A stretch of 64,000 bases of DNA from a virus. A program made the translations under genes and the position numbers. Shown piece after piece: positions 49,120 to 54,952 of the stretch (within the stretch, counting starts at the first letter, position 1; each line of letters begins with the position of its first letter). The DNA lies in the IMG/VR virus record IMGVR_UViG_3300007539_004938, positions 12,255 to 76,254 of that record. One strand, 5' to 3'. The notes below the pieces were generated by a model. The model was not told where the DNA came from, searched no databases, and saw only the letters and a list, made by a program, of their open reading frames with translations.

Positions 49120-49148
49120 TTGACTTTGTTTTATCAGTGTTTTACAAT
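49120..49148 (+). promoter_or_regulatory. sigma70-type promoter TTGACT-N17-TACAAT upstream of gp47
   Basis: -35 at 49120-49125, -10 at 49143-49148. Confidence 0.7.
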
Positions 49149-49171
49149 ATAACTAAACACGGAGTATAAGT

Positions 49172-50185
49172 TTGTTTAAAAAAGCAGCAGTATTTACTGA
49201 CATTCATTTTGGTATGAAGGGCAATAGTCGTGTCCATAACCAAGATTGCGAAGATTTTGTAGATTGGTACATTGAAACAGCAAAACAAAACGGTTGCGAA
49301 ACTGGTATTTTTTGTGGAGATTGGAATCACAACAGGAACAGTCTTAACTTAACCACTATGGATGCAGGTATCCGCAGTTTAGAAAAGTTAGGTGCTGCAT
49401 TTGATAAGTTTTATATGTTTTCTGGCAATCATGACTTATATTACAAAGACAAACGAGATATTAAAAGTACAGAATGGGCAAAACACATACCCGGTATTAC
49501 AGTTGTTGACAATATGTTGCAAATAGACGATGTTGCATTAGTTCCATGGATGGTAAATGATGAATGGAAACAAGTTGCTGCCATTGATTGCAAATACATG
49601 TTTGGACATTTTGAGTTGCCAAACTTTTTAATGAATGCAATGGTTAGAATGCCTGATCATGGTGAACTCAAAGCAGAAAACTTGAGTAAACCTGAGTATG
49701 TATTCAGTGGACACTTCCATAAACGCCAAAATCAAAAGAATGTACATTACATTGGTAATGCTTTTCCGCACAACTATGCAGATGCTTGGGATGATGACCG
49801 TGGTATGATGATATTGGACCGTGAAAATGCAGAAGAACCAGAATATATCAACTGGCCAAACTGTCCAAAGTACCGTACAGTTAAACTATCACAGTTGATT
49901 GACGAGAAAGATAGTTTGATCAAACCAAATATGTACTTGAGAGTAACTCTTGATTTACCTATTAGTTTTGAAGAAGCTAACTTTATTAAAGAAACATTTA
50001 TAAAAGATTATAAATGCAGAGAAATTACGCTTATTCCACAAAAAAACTTAGAAGAAATGAGTTCTGAATTAGATATTGAACACTTCGAAAGCGTTGATCA
50101 AATAGTAAGTAATGAAATTTTAGCAATAGATAGCGATAACTTTGATAAATCATTACTTTTAAAAATATACAATGAGTTAGAATGA
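49172..50185 (+). CDS. gp47: Recombination endonuclease subunit (Mre11/SbcD-like)
   Basis: DIHFG, GDW, GNHD, GHFE and SGHFH metallophosphoesterase motifs; TTG start. Confidence 0.92.
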   Translation: MFKKAAVFTDIHFGMKGNSRVHNQDCEDFVDWYIETAKQNGCETGIFCGDWNHNRNSLNLTTMDAGIRSLEKLGAAFDKFYMFSGNHDLYYKDKRDIKSTEWAKHIPGITVVDNMLQIDDVALVPWMVNDEWKQVAAIDCKYMFGHFELPNFLMNAMVRMPDHGELKAENLSKPEYVFSGHFHKRQNQKNVHYIGNAFPHNYADAWDDDRGMMILDRENAEEPEYINWPNCPKYRTVKLSQLIDEKDSLIKPNMYLRVTLDLPISFEEANFIKETFIKDYKCREITLIPQKNLEEMSSELDIEHFESVDQIVSNEILAIDSDNFDKSLLLKIYNELE

Positions 50186-51960
50186 TAAAACTTAAAGATC
50201 TTACAGTAAAAAACTTTATGAGCGTGGGTAATATTACTCAAGCAGTTGACTTTAACGAAGAACAGTTGACACTTGTACTTGGTGAGAACCTAGATCAAGG
50301 CGGTGACGACACCGGATCACGCAATGGTACAGGTAAAACAACTATTATTAATGCACTATCCTATGCATTGTACGGTCAAGCACTAACAAACATTAAACGT
50401 AATAACTTAATCAACAAAACTAATAGCAAAGGTATGTTAGTTACACTAAACTTTGAGAAAAATAACACTCAGTACCGTATCGAACGTGGTAGATCACCTA
50501 ATATACTCAAGTTTTTTGTAAACAATCAAGAACAAACTGACGAACTCGACGATAACAGTCAAGGTGATAGTCGTAAAACACAAGAAACTATTGGCGATTT
50601 ATTGAATATGAGTCATGATATGTTCAAACATATTGTTGCACTTAATACCTATACTGAGCCTTTCTTGAGTATGCGTACAAATGACCAAAGAGCTATTATC
50701 GAGCAGCTATTAGGCATAACAATTTTAAGTGATAAAGCAACATCTTTAAAAGATATTGTAAAAGAAACGAAAGATCGCATTACAGAAGAAACATTACGCA
50801 TCGATGCTATCAATTCTAGCAACGAAAAAATACAAAACAGCATTAATTCGTTAATCAACAGACAAAAAGCATGGAAAAGCAAACAAAAAAGCGACATTGA
50901 ACGATTAGATCAAGCTATTTCAGAATTAGAACAACTAGATATCGATAAAGAGTTAGAAAATCACCAAAAGTTGGTGGATTGGACTGAACTTAATAACAAA
51001 ATAACAAGTTTTAACAAAGAAAAATCTACTTTAGAGAGTGCTTTGATGCGAGCAACTAAAAGTGTTGACAAAGCAAGCAAAGATATTGCAGATTTAGATG
51101 ATGCTACTTGTTATACATGCGGTCAAGCACTGCATGAAGACAAAAAGGCGGAGATTCTTGCAACTAAAACCAAAGATTACCAAGATTCTATGGCATATCA
51201 AACAGAAGTTGCTGATAAACTCGAAGATGTAGTTAAAAATCTCAACGATATTGGTAATATTAACGGAAAACCTAATACTTTCTACGAAACTGCTAAAGAA
51301 GCATACGAACACAGAAACAACGTAGATAACTTAAAGCAAGCTAAGATAAGTAAACAGCAAGAAGAAGATCCATATCAGGCACAAGTTGATGATTTAACCA
51401 ATACAGCGTTACAAGAAGTTGATTGGTCTACAGTAAACGAACTTAATAACTTAAAAGAACACCAAGAGTTTCTCCTAAAACTCCTGACTAACAAAGATTC
51501 TTTCATTAGAAAGAAGATTATTGACCAAAACTTGGCATATTTAAACGCAAGGCTCACATATTACCTAGATAAAATAGGCTTACCGCATCAAGTGGTGTTC
51601 CAAAACGACTTAAATGTTGAGATTACACAACTTGGTCAGGACTTAGACTTTGATAACTTGTCAAGAGGCGAACGTAACAGACTAATACTTGGACTTTCGT
51701 TTGCATTCCGTGACGTTTGGGAGTCATTGTACCAAAATATCAACTTGTTGTTTATAGATGAGTTAATCGATAGCGGCATGGACACTGCTGGTGTGGAAAA
51801 TAGTATAGGCATACTCAAGAAAATGACTAGAGAGCGTAACAAAAACGTTTTCTTGATTAGTCATAAGGACGAATTAGTCGGTAGAGTTAACAATGTGTTA
51901 AAAGTTGTTAAGGAAAACGGCTTTACCAGCTATGCAAACGACATTGATATTATAGAATGA
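50182..51960 (+). CDS. gp46: Recombination ATPase subunit (Rad50/SbcC-like)
   Basis: KNFMSVGN, Walker A NGTGKT, zinc hook CYTCG, signature LSRGE, Walker B LLFIDE, ISH. Confidence 0.93.
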   Translation: MIKLKDLTVKNFMSVGNITQAVDFNEEQLTLVLGENLDQGGDDTGSRNGTGKTTIINALSYALYGQALTNIKRNNLINKTNSKGMLVTLNFEKNNTQYRIERGRSPNILKFFVNNQEQTDELDDNSQGDSRKTQETIGDLLNMSHDMFKHIVALNTYTEPFLSMRTNDQRAIIEQLLGITILSDKATSLKDIVKETKDRITEETLRIDAINSSNEKIQNSINSLINRQKAWKSKQKSDIERLDQAISELEQLDIDKELENHQKLVDWTELNNKITSFNKEKSTLESALMRATKSVDKASKDIADLDDATCYTCGQALHEDKKAEILATKTKDYQDSMAYQTEVADKLEDVVKNLNDIGNINGKPNTFYETAKEAYEHRNNVDNLKQAKISKQQEEDPYQAQVDDLTNTALQEVDWSTVNELNNLKEHQEFLLKLLTNKDSFIRKKIIDQNLAYLNARLTYYLDKIGLPHQVVFQNDLNVEITQLGQDLDFDNLSRGERNRLILGLSFAFRDVWESLYQNINLLFIDELIDSGMDTAGVENSIGILKKMTRERNKNVFLISHKDELVGRVNNVLKVVKENGFTSYANDIDIIE

Positions 51961-52205
51961 TTGAAGATGACACACATGATAAACTTGTAAAGGCATATCT
52001 TGATTATTTTGCCTTGAATGAAGAGTTTCAACAACGTCCTGCTGAGTTAAAACGTAGAAAAGTTAGGAAAAAACTTATTGAAATAACAAAGTTGTGCAGA
52101 ATTAGGCGAGAAGAAATACTACAAGAACATATTAGGCATGTAAAAGACGGCAGAGCAAAGAATAATCCAAAAAAGGCACGTGAAGCAAATCCAAAAAATA
52201 ACTAA
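51957..52205 (+). CDS. Small basic helical hypothetical protein
   Basis: 82 aa, Lys/Arg-rich, ATGA overlap with gp46. Confidence 0.65.
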   Translation: MIEDDTHDKLVKAYLDYFALNEEFQQRPAELKRRKVRKKLIEITKLCRIRREEILQEHIRHVKDGRAKNNPKKAREANPKNN

Positions 52206-52208
52206 TGT

Positions 52209-52634
52209 ATGAGTTGGACATACAAAGGCAAGAAGGTTGAATCAATACCTGACGAATACGAAGGCTTTGTATATCTGATTACAAACAAAAAGACAAAACA
52301 AAAGTATGTAGGCAAAAAACTAGCAAGGTTTAAAACTACAAAGCCACCACTAAAAGGCAAAAAGAACAAACGTCGAGGCTACAAAGAAAGCGATTGGCGT
52401 GAATACTGGGGAAGTTCAGATAGACTGAACGAAGATGTAAAAACTTTAGGCGAAAAAAACTTTACTCGTGAAATACTTTACTACTGCAAAAGCAGAGCAG
52501 AGATGAGTTACATTGAAGCACGAGAACAGTTTGATAGGCGAGTATTAGAAACAGACGAATACTACAACGGTATCATCAATGTAAGAGTTGGTGGTTCACA
52601 AAAACTACGCCAGGCACTACTAGAACACAAATAG
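52209..52634 (+). CDS. Stand-alone GIY-YIG endonuclease (catalytic domain only)
   Basis: GFVYLITN...KYVGKK, YWGSS, FTREIL, E..EQF, YYNG; TAACTA late-like hexamer 4 nt upstream of the ATG. Confidence 0.88.
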   Translation: MSWTYKGKKVESIPDEYEGFVYLITNKKTKQKYVGKKLARFKTTKPPLKGKKNKRRGYKESDWREYWGSSDRLNEDVKTLGEKNFTREILYYCKSRAEMSYIEAREQFDRRVLETDEYYNGIINVRVGGSQKLRQALLEHK

Positions 52635-53065
52635 GCTATATATTGAGCTTTGATTAAATCCAAGATCCAGCCGAGGTAATGCTCGTAGCCGGTGGTGTGG
52701 AATGCTCACGTGAAGAAGTATACGATAGGCTTTAAAGGAATGGGCTCTGAGAAAAAGCAACCCAAGGGTAAGTGTTTTCGCTTGTTAGGGAATAACTGCC
52801 TTCCGTTGATATGACGAAGCTAGAGTAGGGGGATACAGGTCAACCGCCTCCGACAACGAAAGTTGAATCTCTTTTAACAAGATGGCAGAAGCGACTCGAA
52901 TGATGCTTAAACCATATTCGCCCGGCAACGGGCGAATTATGACTTCACAATCTGAATGATACTAAAAGCATATGCTTACGCACATGCCTTGTTTCTTACT
53001 AATCACAAATACATAATATGTGTTGAGTGATAACGAAAACACAGATGAACGAAAGTTCATCTTAA
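52635..53065 (+). ncRNA. Candidate large structured non-coding RNA (or structured ssDNA/origin element)
   Basis: 470-bp gap with no ORF in the track; ~47% GC by hand count over 52661-52940 in an AT-rich genome; GNRA-capped hairpins at 52854-52865, 52916-52937 and 53043-53062; long-range pairings and a possible pseudoknot. Confidence 0.65.
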
Positions 53066-53068
53066 ATG

Positions 53069-53076
53069 CATAAATA
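53069..53076 (+). promoter_or_regulatory. Late promoter CATAAATA upstream of the gene at 53105
   Basis: TAAATA core followed by an AAGGA Shine-Dalgarno. Confidence 0.6.
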
Positions 53077-53104
53077 ATAGTGTTAGTTTTAAGGATATCT
53101 CACA

Positions 53105-53800
53105 ATGAAAGTCTATGCAATAGTAACTGAAGATGTAAATGAAGCACTTCCATTTACTCAAAAAGCAAAAATGATGAAGCAAGCTAAAAAAGCTGCTAAA
53201 GGTGCTACCAAAGATGAAGCACGTCAAATGGAAGTTGAATTACTAACTTATTTAAAAACATCACGACAAAATCCAACTGTAGATGCTGTACAAAAATATT
53301 TTGATCAAAAAGGTTTAGGTAATATTGCTGCACCGATTATGAAAAATTTCCAAACTAAAACAATGAAAAAAGCAGCAAGTAGCCAAGCACGTCAAGACAA
53401 AGCAAGAGCAGCTGGTCAAGCAGCAGCAAAACTAGGCGGACTAGCAAAACAAGGTGCATCAGCAGCAGGATCAGCTATTGGCAAAGCAGCAACAGCAGCT
53501 AAAAACATGAGCGGTGTAGTTCCTAAAAGTCAAATCGGTGGTCCAGCACCGATGTTTAAAAGTGTACGAGCAAACTCAAGTATGTATGAAGCTGAAGGTC
53601 AAGATGTACTAACTAAAGGCGAAGTACGTAATATTATTAATCAAGTAGTTGCTAAAGGTTACGGTGGTGCTGCTGGATTTGACAAAAGTAAGTTTGCTCA
53701 AGATGAACCAAAGGCAACATTTAAGTCTAGTCAAGTAGATCCTGAAACACAAGCAGCTATTGATAAACTTAAAGCAGCTGGATATAAAATTACAAAATAA
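53105..53800 (+). CDS. Ala/Lys-rich protein, possible internal head (core/ejection) protein
   Basis: Late promoter; N-terminus MKVYAIVTE-DVNE resembles T4 capsid-targeting leaders cleaved after Glu. Confidence 0.6.
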   Translation: MKVYAIVTEDVNEALPFTQKAKMMKQAKKAAKGATKDEARQMEVELLTYLKTSRQNPTVDAVQKYFDQKGLGNIAAPIMKNFQTKTMKKAASSQARQDKARAAGQAAAKLGGLAKQGASAAGSAIGKAATAAKNMSGVVPKSQIGGPAPMFKSVRANSSMYEAEGQDVLTKGEVRNIINQVVAKGYGGAAGFDKSKFAQDEPKATFKSSQVDPETQAAIDKLKAAGYKITK

Positions 53801-54037
53801 TTACCAAAACGGTTGATTTGTTTTCTTTGCAGTCTCTAGATTCTCATTGATAACTTTTCCAATGACTTCTCTGTCTTCGGGAGATGATTCAAATATTTCA
53901 CTCATCGAAATGCTGCCTCGCATGTACCAACACATTTTAAACAAACTATGCTTGATTTGCTTAACCTCATTACCGAGTTTGTCTACTTCTCTAAGGATCT
54001 TGTCAAGAGGCCACGATAAGATCCTTATGCGAAAAAA
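53801..54037 (-). CDS. -1 frameshift extension of the gp26-like gene (FFRIRILSWPLDKILREVDKL...WYMRGSISM...ENLETAKKTNQPFW*), gp51/'GT'-like
   Basis: 79-codon frame not in the ORF track, entered at slippery T TTT TTC (54037-54031); its stop abuts the convergent gene ending at 53800. Confidence 0.7.
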   Translation of the reverse strand, partial: FFRIRILSWPLDKILREVDKLGNEVKQIKHSLFKMCWYMRGSISMSEIFESSPEDREVIGKVINENLETAKKTNQPFW

Positions 54038-54876
54038 CTTGATTGGTCAAACGTAATAGGTATTGTAAAGTCTTTAGGCGCACCTGCTTTTTGATCTTCT
54101 TCTGAGAAAGTAGCTTTAAATGGTTGTACAGAAAACTTTTTTCTTTCAGTATCAACATGAGATATTATTGCTTTGTACACACCTGCATCTGCATTTTCTA
54201 AAAACTCATTTATATGTTCTTTGTTTGTAACTGGGTCATCATCACCAACTTGAATTGCGGCAACTGTGTTAAAGATTTGTGTTACATTAATATCAGTTAA
54301 CTTGGAAAAACTTTCTGCAAACTTTGCAAGTTTTTCTGTTTCGCTCATGTTGTCATCATTAACTACTCTAAACAATCTTTGTTCTTCAAATGTTTTTAAA
54401 GCAGTTTCTGTAAACTTTTTATAGGTCAATGGATGCAACTCAAATGTAAACTCATTGTGGTGTACAATAGGATTGTATTGCTGTGAAAGCAATCCATCTA
54501 AAATAGGACGTAGATTAATTTCAAATGTGCGTTCGTCATTCAACTCAGGCACATGAGTAGTTACTTCCATCATTTCGCCATATGTCGCTATACGCATAGC
54601 AAGTAAAATAGCATCAATGTCGATACTCGGAATATTCCATGCATTTTTTATATTTGGAAGACAACTTTGTATAGTCTGCACTGTGCTTTCGCCATTAAGC
54701 AAAGCATCAGGAGTCTTGATCATAATTTCATCTTTAGCAGTCATTGGCAAAACTGGATATTCTCCAGTCTCTATCTTTTCTAGAGATCCTGGAGCATAAA
54801 ACATTCCTTGACTAGGCAAGTTAATATATATTTTTGCTTGTCTAAAATGTTTACTTAGTGGATTTGCATTTTGCAT
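54025..54876 (-). CDS. gp26: Baseplate hub assembly / tail chaperone protein, gp26-like
   Basis: NPL...FRQ.KIYI.LPS.G.FY, PMTAKDEI..KTPDALLNG, DIDAILLA.RIATYG, ends ITFDQSSFFA. Confidence 0.7.
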   Translation of the reverse strand: MQNANPLSKHFRQAKIYINLPSQGMFYAPGSLEKIETGEYPVLPMTAKDEIMIKTPDALLNGESTVQTIQSCLPNIKNAWNIPSIDIDAILLAMRIATYGEMMEVTTHVPELNDERTFEINLRPILDGLLSQQYNPIVHHNEFTFELHPLTYKKFTETALKTFEEQRLFRVVNDDNMSETEKLAKFAESFSKLTDINVTQIFNTVAAIQVGDDDPVTNKEHINEFLENADAGVYKAIISHVDTERKKFSVQPFKATFSEEDQKAGAPKDFTIPITFDQSSFFA

Positions 54877-54888
54877 TGGTTTTCTCCG

Positions 54889-54937
54889 GATAAATACATT
54901 ATATAACTATATATCCTTATAGTTAACTACGTATTTA
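54889..54937. promoter_or_regulatory. Face-to-face late promoters (+ TAAATA 54891-54896; - TAAATA 54937-54932) flanking an 8-bp inverted repeat (54904-54925)
   Basis: TAACTATA-tatcct-TATAGTTA between the divergent gp26-like and tape-measure genes. Confidence 0.5.
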
Positions 54938-54952
54938 ACGATTTGAGATTGA

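Noticed and set aside
52209-52634. Mobile homing endonuclease (Seg-type)
   Set aside because: Only the catalytic domain is present, with no NUMOD/HTH/zinc-finger tail and no intron or intein context, so it is not called a mobile element
52635-53065. Group I/II intron, tRNA, tmRNA, RNase P or TIGR array as the identity of the structured region
   Set aside because: No interrupted host gene; no recognisable P7/R-S elements, domain V, GTTCGA T-arm or GAGGAAAGTCC. GAATGAT occurs twice (52898, 52954) but there is no periodic array and no Nop-domain gene. Not excluded without a covariance-model search
53847-54056. 69-aa + strand ORF in the track
   Set aside because: Antisense shadow of the minus-strand frameshift extension; no Shine-Dalgarno or promoter, and it overlaps the gp26-like 3' end
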